Assembly (NCBI GenBank): GCA_041665845.1
Contig: JBAYIC010000008.1
Location: forward strand, 1,335-65,334
Reading direction: 5' to 3'
DNA: 64,000 nt
Source: Patescibacteria group bacterium
GTDB lineage: Bacteria > Patescibacteriota > Patescibacteriia > Patescibacteriales > UBA12465
In this document: positions 9,491 through 19,616 of the stretch, piece by piece
Layout of the letters: each line of letters starts with the position of its first letter
How positions within the stretch are numbered: the first letter of the stretch is position 1
The notes under the pieces: generated by a model
Database searches by the model: none
Told to the model about the DNA's origin: nothing
The model's input: only the letters and a program-made list of their open reading frames with translations
Program-made: the position numbers and the translations under genes

Positions 9491-10597
9491 TCACTTTATT
9501 ATCCCGCCGCCCAGCACTCTTTCTTTATCATAGAAAACCACGCTTTGGCCAGAAGTAATTGCCCTTTGTGGTTTATTAAATTCTACTAAATACTCTTGCC
9601 CCTTCTTCACAGAAACTAAACATTTAACCGCTTTATGGCCATACCTTATTACCGCTTCGCATTTCAAGAGTTTTTTTGGAGCACTACCGCTTAACCAATT
9701 AACTTTTTTCGCAATTAAATTATTTTTATATAAGACTTCTCCATTCCATTCTTTAACAACGTATAAAATATTATTTTTATAATCCAACCGCGCCGCGTAA
9801 TACGGTCCGGTCCCACCAATTTCTATTCCTCTTCTTTGACCGATAGTATAAAGCGGTAGACCTTGATGAGTACCAATCTCTTTTTTTGTTTCTAGTAATT
9901 TAATCGGACCGGGCGTAAGCGTTAAATATTTTTTTAAGAAATTATTGTGTGGTCCACTTAAAAAGCAAATATCTTGGCTCTCCGCCTTGGATTCAACCTG
10001 TAATTTATACTTAGCCGCTAATTTTCTTACTTGCGGCTTCACATATCCGCCAAGAGGAAATAATAAATGTTTTAATTCTTCCTGAGAAAAAGTATACAAG
10101 AAATAAGACTGATCTTTTAATTTATCTTTTGCTTTAGCAAGCTGATAACTGCGACCAACTTTCTGAATTTTTAAATAATGGCCAGTTGCAACATAATCAT
10201 AACCCAGACGAAGCGCGTATTTAATCAAGCGCCCGATTTTTATTTGTTTATTGCAAACTACACAAGGATTAGGCGTCCGACCAGCGGCATATTCACTTAG
10301 AAAATTATCAACGACCGCTTTTTTAAAGGGCGCCGAAAAATCAAAAGTATATAAAGGAATGCCAACTTTAGCGGCGACCTTTTTTGCATCCATCATCGAT
10401 TCCAAAGAACAACAACGATTTTCCGCCTTTTCGCCAACCGACTCATCTTTCCAGAAATGCAAAAAAATTCCCGCTACTTCATATCCTTGGTTTTTTAGAA
10501 GCTGGGCGGCAACGGACGAATCAACTCCGCCCGACATAGCGACTAAAACTTTAGGCCGCTTTTTTTTATTATTTAAATTTTTACTTATTTTCTTCAT
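9491..10597 (-). CDS. mnmA: tRNA-specific 2-thiouridylase MnmA
   Basis: 368 aa. PP-loop VAMSGGVDSSVAA, catalytic Cys context TPNPCVVCN, C-terminal SGQSVVFYD. Confidence 0.92.
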   Translation of the reverse strand: MKKISKNLNNKKKRPKVLVAMSGGVDSSVAAQLLKNQGYEVAGIFLHFWKDESVGEKAENRCCSLESMMDAKKVAAKVGIPLYTFDFSAPFKKAVVDNFLSEYAAGRTPNPCVVCNKQIKIGRLIKYALRLGYDYVATGHYLKIQKVGRSYQLAKAKDKLKDQSYFLYTFSQEELKHLLFPLGGYVKPQVRKLAAKYKLQVESKAESQDICFLSGPHNNFLKKYLTLTPGPIKLLETKKEIGTHQGLPLYTIGQRRGIEIGGTGPYYAARLDYKNNILYVVKEWNGEVLYKNNLIAKKVNWLSGSAPKKLLKCEAVIRYGHKAVKCLVSVKKGQEYLVEFNKPQRAITSGQSVVFYDKERVLGGGIIK

Positions 10598-11735
10598 TTA
10601 TTTCGCTAAATAATTTTAAATATTCTTGAGAGGCTTTTTCCCAAGTAAACATTGCCGCGCGTACTTTTCCGGCTTCTATTAAATCGGTGCGAATATTAGC
10701 ATCTGTTAAAATTAATTTTATGGCCTCCGCTATGTCTTCCGGTTTAAACGGATTAATAAGCAAGGCGGCCTTACCAAGTACCTCTGGTAAGCTGGAGACG
10801 TTAGAAGAAACAACTGGAAGACCGAAAACCATCGCTTCAAGCGGCGGAAAACCAAAACCTTCATAAAATGAAGGATAAACAAAAACTGCAGCGCTTGAAT
10901 ATAACATTTCTTTTTCTTGTATGCTAATATAGCCTAGAAATTTAATGTCTTCTTTATATGGAGATTTTGCCCAATCAGAAAATACTTTTTTATATTTCCA
11001 GCCTTTAGCTCCAGCTAGAACTAGTTGATTTTTTATTTCCGGATATTTATTTCTTAACTTATTGTAAGCGCTTATCAGGCCGCTAATATTTTTTCTCGGC
11101 TCAATATTGCCAACTGATAAAATAAAACCATTTTTTAAATTTTTCTTTTCCAAGAAATCAGTAATTTTCTCTTGAGGGGTTATTATCTCCTGGCAATTAT
11201 TACCGGAATAAATAACTTTAATTTTTTCCGCCGGGATACTTAAAAGCTCCATTAAATCATGTTTTGTATTTTCCGAAACCGCAACTATCCTATCGGCTCG
11301 GTTTAAAAGTTTTTTAATTCTTAGGGCTTTATGCCAAAAATTCTTACGTTTACTAAAAAATTCCGGATAACGCAAAAAGGATAAATCATGCACAGTTACA
11401 ATTAGTTTAGTCTTATGGCTAACATTTAAAAAATTAAAATGGGGTGCAAAAAATATATCGGTTCCGCCTAAAATTTTATCAAGCTTGGGACGCGAGCAAA
11501 TTCTCTGCAAAAAATAATTGAAAATTTTATTAGGATAACTGGTCGCAAATAATTTACTATTATCTTTTGCCCAGTAATCTAAACGAGCCTCATGGCCTTT
11601 GGAAGAATTATAAAATAATTTATATTTATTTTCTCTATCTTGTTTGAGAATTTCGGATAATAAATTAGCGGTATACTCTGATATGCCGCTATAATTCTTA
11701 TCCATTAAAACTCTGATATCTACTCCTATTTTCAT
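10581..11735 (-). CDS. glycosyltransferase family 4 (GT-B, retaining)
   Basis: 384 aa. C-terminal EX7E-type region YPSFYEGFGFPPLEAMVFGLPVVSS. Its 3' end overlaps the mnmA start by 17 nt. Confidence 0.85.
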   Translation of the reverse strand: MKIGVDIRVLMDKNYSGISEYTANLLSEILKQDRENKYKLFYNSSKGHEARLDYWAKDNSKLFATSYPNKIFNYFLQRICSRPKLDKILGGTDIFFAPHFNFLNVSHKTKLIVTVHDLSFLRYPEFFSKRKNFWHKALRIKKLLNRADRIVAVSENTKHDLMELLSIPAEKIKVIYSGNNCQEIITPQEKITDFLEKKNLKNGFILSVGNIEPRKNISGLISAYNKLRNKYPEIKNQLVLAGAKGWKYKKVFSDWAKSPYKEDIKFLGYISIQEKEMLYSSAAVFVYPSFYEGFGFPPLEAMVFGLPVVSSNVSSLPEVLGKAALLINPFKPEDIAEAIKLILTDANIRTDLIEAGKVRAAMFTWEKASQEYLKLFSEINEENK

Positions 11736-11755
11736 ATCAACAAAATAAGCATATT

Positions 11756-12871
11756 TTATTTTTCAAAATGGCTATTAATAAAACTATTAATTTGATTCTT
11801 AAAATTGTTAACCGAAAACTTTTCCGCCCATTCCCTTATTTCTTGCGGATTAAAATCACTGGATTTAAAATTTTTGATTACTTCTGCTAAGGCCTCTGTT
11901 GTCTGCTCCTTAAAAAATAAGCCCGTCTTTCCCTCGATTACCGTTTCGGTCGCTCCACCCTTCTGATAGGCAATTACAGGCCGACCAGCAGCCATAGATT
12001 CGACCACAGTAATACCAAAATCCTCTTCTTGGGGATTAATAAAAGCTTGGGCATTAGAAAATAAATTTGCTTTCTCGCTTTCGCTTACTCTACCTAAAAA
12101 TTCAATATTAGAAGACTCACCAACCATATTTTTTAATCTTTCCAAATCAACGCCATCACCAAAAATTTTTAATTTATAATCTGCCCCTAATTTTTTAAAA
12201 GCTTCAATTACAATATCAACTCTTTTATACGGTGCAAGACGACAGCCAATTAAGAAATATCTATCTTCCGGTTTTTGATTGCTTAAATCAAGAACTTGAA
12301 ATTTCTCAGTCTCAACCGGCGGATAAATAACTTCTGATTCCCGGCGATAATATTTAGTGATGCGCTTTTGAACAGTTTTAGAATTAGCAATAAATAAATC
12401 AACCCGATCAGCCGCAATTCTATCCCACATTCTAATGCGATTTAAAACAAGCGAAATTATTTTCTTAAACCATTTATTATATTTAAGTTCATTAATATAC
12501 TGATGCGTATCACTCCAAAGATATCTGGTTGGAGTATGACAATAACAAATATGTAGAGTATCGGTTGAGGTAATAACGCCTTTAGCAAAAGAGCTAGTAT
12601 CAGAGATCACCAAATCGTAGCCGCGCAAATCAAAAAATTCAACCGCTAAGGGCATAAAAAATAAATACCACTGGTAATGTTTAATCCCGCCTGGTAATTT
12701 TTGGATAACCGAAGTTTCTATTTTTCGACCCCTAAAATATTTATCAACCTGTTTTTTTTCGTATAATAGAGTATAGATTGGAGCATCCGGAAACATATCG
12801 GTTAAAACCTTCAAAACTTTTTCCGCACCGCCATCTTGAGCAAGATGGTCATGTATTAAAGCTACTTTCAT
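11756..12871 (-). CDS. glycosyltransferase family 4
   Basis: 371 aa. NPQEEDFGITVVESMAAGRPVIAYQKGGATETV motif region. Confidence 0.85.
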   Translation of the reverse strand: MKVALIHDHLAQDGGAEKVLKVLTDMFPDAPIYTLLYEKKQVDKYFRGRKIETSVIQKLPGGIKHYQWYLFFMPLAVEFFDLRGYDLVISDTSSFAKGVITSTDTLHICYCHTPTRYLWSDTHQYINELKYNKWFKKIISLVLNRIRMWDRIAADRVDLFIANSKTVQKRITKYYRRESEVIYPPVETEKFQVLDLSNQKPEDRYFLIGCRLAPYKRVDIVIEAFKKLGADYKLKIFGDGVDLERLKNMVGESSNIEFLGRVSESEKANLFSNAQAFINPQEEDFGITVVESMAAGRPVIAYQKGGATETVIEGKTGLFFKEQTTEALAEVIKNFKSSDFNPQEIREWAEKFSVNNFKNQINSFINSHFEK

Positions 12872-12873
12872 AA

Positions 12874-14289
12874 TTATTCAGCTTCTCTATGTTTAAAAAC
12901 CGCTAAGGGCGTTTTAAATAAAATAGAAATATCCAATAATAAAGACCAATTTTCAATATAATAAATATCCAATTTTGCTTCTTCTTCAAACAATAAATCG
13001 CTACGACCGGAAACTTGAGCTAAGCCGGTTATACCTGGCTTAATAGTTAAGGTTTTGCGATGATAATTTTCATATTTAGCGACTTCTTCTGGTAAATGCG
13101 GACGCGGACCGACTAAACTCATACGACCGATAAAAACTAGAAATAACTCAGGTAATTCATCAATTGAATAACGTCTAATTAATTTTCCGACCCTAGTAAC
13201 CCGTGGATCATCTTTAATCTTGACCATTGGCCCATCTGTTCTAACATTACGATCGGCTAATTCTTTATATCTCATGCTATCGGAATTCGGAATCATGGAG
13301 CGAAACTTAAAATATTTAAAAGGTTTACCGCCCTCACCAACTCGATATAAATATGAACCATTATCACGACGAGAAAAAAAGACCGGGCCGCGAGAATCTA
13401 TAGAAATAATCAAAGCCGCTAAAAGAATAATTGGTGATAAAATAATAATCAAAATACCGGAAACAATCAGATCAAATAATCTTTTAAAAACCTTACCCCA
13501 ACCATCTAAAGTAGTACGTTTTACTTCAACAATTGGAACGCCAATAATTTCCGCGACTTCAGTTCTTAAAACCTTGACTTCAAGTAAATCGGCAACATAG
13601 CGAAAAGTAATATGATTATCATTAGCAAAATCATATAGACGCAAAGTTTCCGCTTTACTTATATTGGGATCGCTCTGAATTATTTCATCAACCTCTCTTT
13701 CTTTAATAAATTCTAAAACCTCTTGGGCGGTTTCTAAAGAAAAATCTCTAACACGTTTTGCAACTTCATAACCCGCTTTCTTGTTACTAGAAAATTCAGC
13801 AATTAAATTATCGGTTGTTTTGGAATTACCAACTAAAATTACTTTATGGACACCAATTCCATAAATAAACAAGCGTCTTTGCAGCCAGCGAATAAAAATA
13901 TGAGCAAAGCTAACATAAGTAATTGTAAAAATAAAACCGGCTAAAACGATAAAACGAGAATCAAATAATTCTCGTTGAAAAAAGATTAAAATTGCAATTA
14001 AAGCCAAGCCGCTAGAACAAGCTAAAAATACCCGTCTTAATTCTTGCGCTAATTTACGAGCGCTTTTTATCTGATAAAGGCCGGACATAGCAAAAATTAA
14101 CAACCACAAAATAGCGATTATCAGTAGAGATTTAATATATCCCGAAAAAGGCAAATTAAAAATTACTGGCCTGAAACTTACTGTCCAATCGGCAAAACGG
14201 AGATAATAAGCTGAAATACCAGCTAAAATTATCATCGCAAAATCAACCGGAATAAACAGGGTCGAAAAAAATAATTCAGTTTTTTTCAT
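12874..14289 (-). CDS. polyprenyl-phosphate sugar phosphotransferase (WbaP/EpsB-like initiating sugar transferase)
   Basis: 471 aa. Four or five N-terminal TM helices. C-terminal bacterial sugar transferase domain (SLVGPRPHLPEE, KPGITGLAQVSGRSDL). Confidence 0.88.
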   Translation of the reverse strand: MKKTELFFSTLFIPVDFAMIILAGISAYYLRFADWTVSFRPVIFNLPFSGYIKSLLIIAILWLLIFAMSGLYQIKSARKLAQELRRVFLACSSGLALIAILIFFQRELFDSRFIVLAGFIFTITYVSFAHIFIRWLQRRLFIYGIGVHKVILVGNSKTTDNLIAEFSSNKKAGYEVAKRVRDFSLETAQEVLEFIKEREVDEIIQSDPNISKAETLRLYDFANDNHITFRYVADLLEVKVLRTEVAEIIGVPIVEVKRTTLDGWGKVFKRLFDLIVSGILIIILSPIILLAALIISIDSRGPVFFSRRDNGSYLYRVGEGGKPFKYFKFRSMIPNSDSMRYKELADRNVRTDGPMVKIKDDPRVTRVGKLIRRYSIDELPELFLVFIGRMSLVGPRPHLPEEVAKYENYHRKTLTIKPGITGLAQVSGRSDLLFEEEAKLDIYYIENWSLLLDISILFKTPLAVFKHREAE

Positions 14290-14311
14290 ATATAAATTTA
14301 TTGTAAACCTT

Positions 14312-14728
14312 TGTTATCAGGGCAGCTGTAAGCCGGATTCTGTTTTAAGCGATCATTTATCTAGGCTTATTATTACTAATAAGCTCAAGCGAGCCACTTT
14401 TCTTTCCTTCTAACCTAAGTCAAAATGAAAGTTTGCTCTTGCTTCTGATAGGGTTTACCACGCTATCTCCGTCACCGGAGAGCGAAACCGGTAGCCTCTT
14501 GCGAGACACCCAGCTCCTTTTCACCTTTTTTCCTGTTAAAAATTGCAGGATTAGTATTGTCTCTGTGGCACTTTCCCTTGACCAAATCGACTTTAACCGA
14601 AATGGCCCGGTGGGTATTACCCACTATCATTAAACCTCAAAAATATTGAGATTTTAGCGAAGTCCGGACTTTCCTCCCCTCTTAAGCTAAACCTAAGAAG
14701 AGTAATCGCCCGCTCACCCTGATAACTC
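14312..14728 (-). ncRNA. rnpB: RNase P RNA, bacterial type A (ends approximate)
   Basis: Minus-sense GAGGGGAGGAAAGTCCGGACTTCGC (the universal GAGGAAAGUCCGG, plus strand ~14665-14690) and ACAGAATCCGGCTTACAGCTGCC near the 3' end (plus strand ~14322-14345). P1 pairing is GTTATCAGGG (5') with CCCTGATAAC (3'). Internal GTGCCACAGAGACAA matches the conserved J11/12 region. Confidence 0.9.
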
Positions 14729-14774
14729 TAAAATGGTACAATAAAAGCCTAAAAAAGGCAAGTCTCAGTTCATA

Positions 14775-17700
14775 TTAGTTAACTTTGCTATCTTGGTAGA
14801 TTTTTTGAACGCTGGAAGCAGTTACCGCCCCTTCCCAAACACCTAAATCATCTAATTCAACACTATTTAATTCACTTCTAATTTCTAAATGATTTGGCTC
14901 TTCTCCGTCTTTAATCCAAAAGAATGGTAAGGATCTCTTTTCTTGGCCATCAACATAAAATTTGAGAAGGTAGCGATATGAATCATAAGTTAAAGCAATA
15001 TGATGCCATTTATCGTCATACGGAATATCAATATCACTTCCCTCGCTAAAAGCTCCATCATTATTATTAAAATAAAAACTACGTCGATAAAAATCTGGAG
15101 ACAACCCCATTTTTATTCTATCATTATAATTTAAAGATATAAGAGATCGTCCCCCAAGTGAAGATATTTCACTGCGCCACCAAAAAGTTAAAGATAGATC
15201 CTTTGTTTTTAGGAAGGTTGGAAAATCAACGTTTAAATTTTTATCCCATCTATTTATAATCCCGGTATTTTCCGATCCCCGCCAAACCCAAGAATTTTCC
15301 GGAAGTATAAGCTTGATATTGTTTATTTCATCAATTGCTTGTAAACCGCCGCCTTCATTTACGAGCTCATTGCCTTCATTAAAATTCCAAAAATATTTGA
15401 GTTCTGCTTCTTTTTGCGCAACTCTCGAACTTATCGGACTAAACGGAACGGCGGCGACAAAATCAGCTAAGATCTCCGTGCTAGATAAAGGACGAGTCCA
15501 AAGAGCTAACTCATCCATAGAAGCCGGACCGCAATCACCGTCGAATTCTAAACTAGAAAAATTGTCAGCTAAAGTTTGGACGAAGGTATGCCTATATTTT
15601 TCCTGGGCGTCAAAATACACTGACCAGTAGCCAGTTTCTTTATCAACCACTAAAGAAAACTGATGCCAAGCATCGTCCGGAAAAACCGGAACAGCATAAT
15701 ATTGCCAAGCTGAATTTGGTAAACCTTCAATTTGCAGGAAGGCTTCATCAAGCATAACTTTTAATTCTTGTCCGCTCTCGTTTCTTAATTTAAAAGTTAA
15801 GCGCGAATAATTGCGTGCCATTTTGGGGCTGCGGTAATAGAAACTAATTGAAAATTTATTTAAATCTATTTTTGAACTCAATTGTCGGCTGAACTTAGGA
15901 TTAACAAAACCAATATCAATTGCGCAATCAAAACGCCCGATCGAATAATTTTGGTCTCCATAACATTCAGAGAAATGCCATAAATCCGAAATGCCCTCAG
16001 AAACTATTGGTTCCTTGGCAACAAACAAATCTGGATTATTAGAACTTTGGTTATTCTCCTGATTATCATTTTGATTATTATTCGAATTATCATTAGTATT
16101 ATTAGTATTTTCAGATTCATCTTCGTTCCAAACTATACTCGGATCATCGGAAACAATTAGATTAAAATCGGAAACATTATTGCCGCTTGATTTAAGACGA
16201 TTCAAAATATAATTATCGTTTATCACCGGCGCCGGGCCTGAACCCTGGAAATATGTCGCCTCCCCAAAACCAACCGCGTCAATAATATCCTCGTCTGTAG
16301 TAGAACTAATTGCGCCTTTGCCTAAATAAATTATATAACCGGAGCTGGTCCAACTAAATTCATTTCTGATCGCAATAGCATCAGCTTTATTTTTATAATA
16401 GCTATTTGCATCATCTCGAACAATCAAATAATAGCCCTTGGCTTTTATTACTGTTCCGCCCGGATATGAACCATCGCTAGTATTTCCTATTCTCATCATT
16501 AAACCGGGATCAACGGCTGTTTTTGCTTTCTCTAAACGAAAACCAGCTTCGGCTAAATCAAAATCATAATTCGTCGGATTATATAATTCAATGAAATCAT
16601 TATTTTCAGTACTGTAAATTTTATTAATCAAAGCGTTTGGAGAATTAAAAGAAGAACTGTTAGTTGTCTGAGTGTTAGAAGAAGACTGATTAGTATTAGG
16701 TTTAATTCCGGCAACTATTTTTGAACTCGCTGGAGCGACTTTAATAGAATCAGCCGCCGATGGAACCGCAGTAATATTCACTGAAGAAACTAATTTAGGA
16801 ATAGCTGTTTTGAGTGATGAACTAGTTGAACTAGAAACAACAGCTTTTAAATTTGAAATAGCTACTGGATTTGCAGTAGCAGAGATTGAAGTTGTAGATG
16901 CTAATTTAATTGTCGGTGCTAAAGCTATTTTTACTACCTCTCTTGTATCATTTAATTCATTATCTTCAGAACTATCTTTAACAATTACTGGTTGTTCATC
17001 TTTAGTTGCTTGATTTATTTTAATTTGAGGAGGACTTAACTGATTATCGGCTATTATGTTATTTGAATTATTCTCGGCCTTATTTTCATTTTCTAAAACT
17101 ATCTGCGTTTCGTTTTTTGTTCCAAATATTTTGTTTTTCCAATTTGAAATGGTTTGAGATGTTGCCTGCGCGATTATTTTTAAAGACGAGATAGGATTAT
17201 TAATTAAACTCCAACGTAATAATAAACGAGCGACAGGCGTTTTACCTCTAATTGAATCATCATCGAAAAAGGTTTGCAGATTTATATCTACCTTTTCATC
17301 TCGTAATGATGGCTGGATAAATTGCGTATAAGGTAGAAAAAAGTAACGGTCGCCCTGATATTCTAAACCAAGATTAAAACCAACTATTTCTGGTAAGGGT
17401 AAGCGGATATCGGTTCTTCGTCCTATTTTAGAAAATTCAAGTGTTTTAGAAAAACAATCACCGTAGCGATTTGCTAAACTTTTATTATCAAAACCATCGG
17501 GCGTAATATCAACGGCATAGTAATCGGGGTTATATTCCAAGGCGCCTAAATTACTAGGATTAGAAATACCGGCACTCTCATACACTTTTTCTGTTAAGCC
17601 AACGCAAGTCCATTCGCCATCGCCCGGCCCTTTTTGGGTTTTAAAATCAAAATCATAACCGATCTTTTCACCGACTAAACTCTTAGCAATTTCAACCGCC

Positions 17701-18068
17701 TTGACAATCTCTAAAGTACTAGCGGCTTTAGGAATTTTTGCACCGAGAAGCTTTTCGCCCAACGCTTCATTTACAAAATATTTTGCCGGCATTTTTACTA
17801 TCCCGCCGACTAAAGCTTCGACAATATAATCTTCCCCGTTTTCTTTGCCGATATAAATTCCGGCATGTCCAGGATAAATTTGTTTCAGAACTTGATTTTC
17901 ATCAACTGAAACTAAATTATCGCCGCTATAACCTACCATCCGACCATCATTTGAGGTTCGATAAACTAGAGTTCCCGGAGTAAGAGCAGAAACATGAGTC
18001 GGCCACACCGAGCAAAACAGCAAGATAGAAAAGACGAACGAAATTAAAAATAATCTTTTTATTTTCAT
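14775..18068 (-). CDS. secreted multidomain protein: putative papain-like N-domain, lamin-tail domain (LTD), two LamG/concanavalin-like domains
   Basis: 1097 aa. Signal peptide MKIKRLFLISFVFSILLFCSVWPTHVSA. LTD signature INKIYSTENNDFIELYNPTNYDFDLAEAGFRL. Two LamG-type modules (DAWHQFSLVVDKETGYWSVYFDAQ...MDELALW and DKWHHIALTYDSYRYLLKFYVDGQ...LDDLGVWEGA). Ser/Thr-rich and Asn-rich linkers. Confidence 0.75.
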   Translation of the reverse strand: MKIKRLFLISFVFSILLFCSVWPTHVSALTPGTLVYRTSNDGRMVGYSGDNLVSVDENQVLKQIYPGHAGIYIGKENGEDYIVEALVGGIVKMPAKYFVNEALGEKLLGAKIPKAASTLEIVKAVEIAKSLVGEKIGYDFDFKTQKGPGDGEWTCVGLTEKVYESAGISNPSNLGALEYNPDYYAVDITPDGFDNKSLANRYGDCFSKTLEFSKIGRRTDIRLPLPEIVGFNLGLEYQGDRYFFLPYTQFIQPSLRDEKVDINLQTFFDDDSIRGKTPVARLLLRWSLINNPISSLKIIAQATSQTISNWKNKIFGTKNETQIVLENENKAENNSNNIIADNQLSPPQIKINQATKDEQPVIVKDSSEDNELNDTREVVKIALAPTIKLASTTSISATANPVAISNLKAVVSSSTSSSLKTAIPKLVSSVNITAVPSAADSIKVAPASSKIVAGIKPNTNQSSSNTQTTNSSSFNSPNALINKIYSTENNDFIELYNPTNYDFDLAEAGFRLEKAKTAVDPGLMMRIGNTSDGSYPGGTVIKAKGYYLIVRDDANSYYKNKADAIAIRNEFSWTSSGYIIYLGKGAISSTTDEDIIDAVGFGEATYFQGSGPAPVINDNYILNRLKSSGNNVSDFNLIVSDDPSIVWNEDESENTNNTNDNSNNNQNDNQENNQSSNNPDLFVAKEPIVSEGISDLWHFSECYGDQNYSIGRFDCAIDIGFVNPKFSRQLSSKIDLNKFSISFYYRSPKMARNYSRLTFKLRNESGQELKVMLDEAFLQIEGLPNSAWQYYAVPVFPDDAWHQFSLVVDKETGYWSVYFDAQEKYRHTFVQTLADNFSSLEFDGDCGPASMDELALWTRPLSSTEILADFVAAVPFSPISSRVAQKEAELKYFWNFNEGNELVNEGGGLQAIDEINNIKLILPENSWVWRGSENTGIINRWDKNLNVDFPTFLKTKDLSLTFWWRSEISSLGGRSLISLNYNDRIKMGLSPDFYRRSFYFNNNDGAFSEGSDIDIPYDDKWHHIALTYDSYRYLLKFYVDGQEKRSLPFFWIKDGEEPNHLEIRSELNSVELDDLGVWEGAVTASSVQKIYQDSKVN

Positions 18069-18086
18069 AATATTTAAATTTAAAAA

Positions 18087-19004
18087 CTAATTATTAAAAT
18101 ATTTTTCCCATTCCGCTTCCGATATCTCCGGCGCTTTAAATTCACTAAAACCAAAATTATTTAAAGTCTCGGCCGCTAAAGCTTTTAGTATTGGCTCTTG
18201 AACAGAAGCATAAATAGTAGTTAAAGATAATTTCGTTTCTTGAGGAAATAACGGAAAATAATCGCTTAAAAGAAACAAAAAATTAGCCTTTAAATGTAAA
18301 GTGGTTTTATTGCTATCGCTATTATCACTCAAAATTAAATTTTTAATAACTTCTATCTGCTGGGCTTGAAAAATTGTTTGCTTATCTGCTAAATTGCTTA
18401 AAGCATTCACCGCCGCTTCTTTTATTTCTATTTTTTCTTCACTATCTAAAATTGCAAAATAATATTCAACAAACTCCGGCTCATTTGTTTTTGCTAGAAA
18501 CAAGCTAATAATTTCCGCCCTTAAAGAGGCATCGCCGTTTTTATCAATTAAATAATCAATAATAAAATCCGGCGGATTATTTGCACCATAAGCAAGTGCA
18601 ATTATTTTTAATATTTCTTTTTTAAACGCTAAATTATCATCACCGTTTTCAAAGAAATAATTTTTAAGATCATCTCTAAGCTTCTTATCATTTTTTAAAG
18701 AACTAGCAATTTTTTCTTCAGATAATAGTCTTAAACGTAAGCATTCTTCATGACAAGGGCCGACTTTAATCATTTCTTTTTTCAAATTAGCCAACTCCAA
18801 CCGAGCAGAACTAATTAATATAAACGCAAGGAACAAATAAATACCGATTAGAACAAACCCCATTAGCACTATGAAAAAAAATTTGCGCCTCTTTGAAAAA
18901 TGCTTAAACTTTAATTTAAATTTTAAAAAATTACGTCCCCAGACAAGCAATCTTCGCACCGTTTTAGATAATAGTTTTTTAATTAGAGTTATCATTTTTC
19001 TCAT
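18087..19004 (-). CDS. hypothetical membrane-anchored helical-repeat (HEAT-like) protein
   Basis: 305 aa. One TM helix (FFFIVLMGFVLIGIYLFLAFILI) followed by helical-repeat-like sequence. No specific family recognised. Confidence 0.55.
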   Translation of the reverse strand: MRKMITLIKKLLSKTVRRLLVWGRNFLKFKLKFKHFSKRRKFFFIVLMGFVLIGIYLFLAFILISSARLELANLKKEMIKVGPCHEECLRLRLLSEEKIASSLKNDKKLRDDLKNYFFENGDDNLAFKKEILKIIALAYGANNPPDFIIDYLIDKNGDASLRAEIISLFLAKTNEPEFVEYYFAILDSEEKIEIKEAAVNALSNLADKQTIFQAQQIEVIKNLILSDNSDSNKTTLHLKANFLFLLSDYFPLFPQETKLSLTTIYASVQEPILKALAAETLNNFGFSEFKAPEISEAEWEKYFNN

Positions 19005-19021
19005 ACTCTTTTAGAATTAAA

Positions 19022-19048
19022 TTATTAAAAACCGGCTTTTCCGGTTCA
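19022..19048 (-). terminator. candidate terminator after the 19160..19516 gene
   Basis: AACCGG-ctttt-CCGGTT palindrome. The minus sense is followed by TTTTTAATAAT. Confidence 0.45.
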
Positions 19049-19159
19049 AAAACTATAACAAATTAAGACTAAAAGAAATCTAAATTTTTCTTTTTAAAAA
19101 AATAAAAAGGCCCGTCTGCAATAGATGGGTCTTTTCGAAACCAAGCTGAGTAGCTAAAA

Positions 19160-19516
19160 CTATGAAGCTAAAAACACATAATCTTTCTGTACTACCTTAG
19201 GTATTAAAGACGATATATAATGAATTTCTTTTTGATCTTCTGAAAAAATCCAAAGTACATCTCCCTCAATAGGTATAGGCGAACGAGAAACTCCAATAAC
19301 GATTGATAAGATATTATCTTTATCAATTATAAACGTATCCGGAGCAAAGAAAAATTTCTTTTGATCATAATTGATTAAAATTTCTCTTAAATAGCCTCGA
19401 CATCTAAAATACCGACTTTCATGATTTCCAGATTCCTTAATCAAGAAAACTAATTTGGACTTAAGCGATTTTTTACGTAATTCCAAATCCTCTAAATTCT
19501 GTTTTTTCCACGACAT
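19160..19516 (-). CDS. ORFan protein (hypothetical)
   Basis: The track ORF 19160..19540 starts at a TTG only ~8 nt from the predicted -10 box. I prefer ATG 19516 (MSWKKQNLEDLELRKK...). No recognisable domain. Confidence 0.55.
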   Translation of the reverse strand: MSWKKQNLEDLELRKKSLKSKLVFLIKESGNHESRYFRCRGYLREILINYDQKKFFFAPDTFIIDKDNILSIVIGVSRSPIPIEGDVLWIFSEDQKEIHYISSLIPKVVQKDYVFLAS

Positions 19517-19547
19517 TTTTAACTTTTTTGAAATGAACAATGCAGAT

Positions 19548-19577
19548 AATATATCACAAAAAAGCGCATGTTGTCAA
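19548..19577 (-). promoter_or_regulatory. consensus extended -10 promoter
   Basis: Gene-sense TTGACA-acatgcgcttttttgTGa-TATATT (18-nt spacer). Confidence 0.6.
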
Positions 19578-19616
19578 CCGTCCGCGCTTGTCTTGTTTCT
19601 ATTATACCCCTAACTA

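Noticed and set aside
10251-13600. Plus-strand ORFs 10251..10613 and 13220..13600
   Set aside because: They are antisense to mnmA and to the sugar-transferase gene, both of which have strong family motifs.
14433-14633. 66-aa plus-strand ORF in the supplied track
   Set aside because: It lies entirely inside, and antisense to, the RNase P RNA gene, whose conserved GAGGAAAGUCCGG and ACAGAAUCCGGCUUA motifs are on the minus strand.
19105-19135. Hairpin GGCCCGTCT...AGATGGGTC downstream of the 19160 gene, as a possible terminator
   Set aside because: The stem is complete only in the plus sense, where no gene ends. In the gene (minus) sense it has two C:A mismatches. The AACCGG/CCGGTT hairpin at 19030-19046 is a better candidate.
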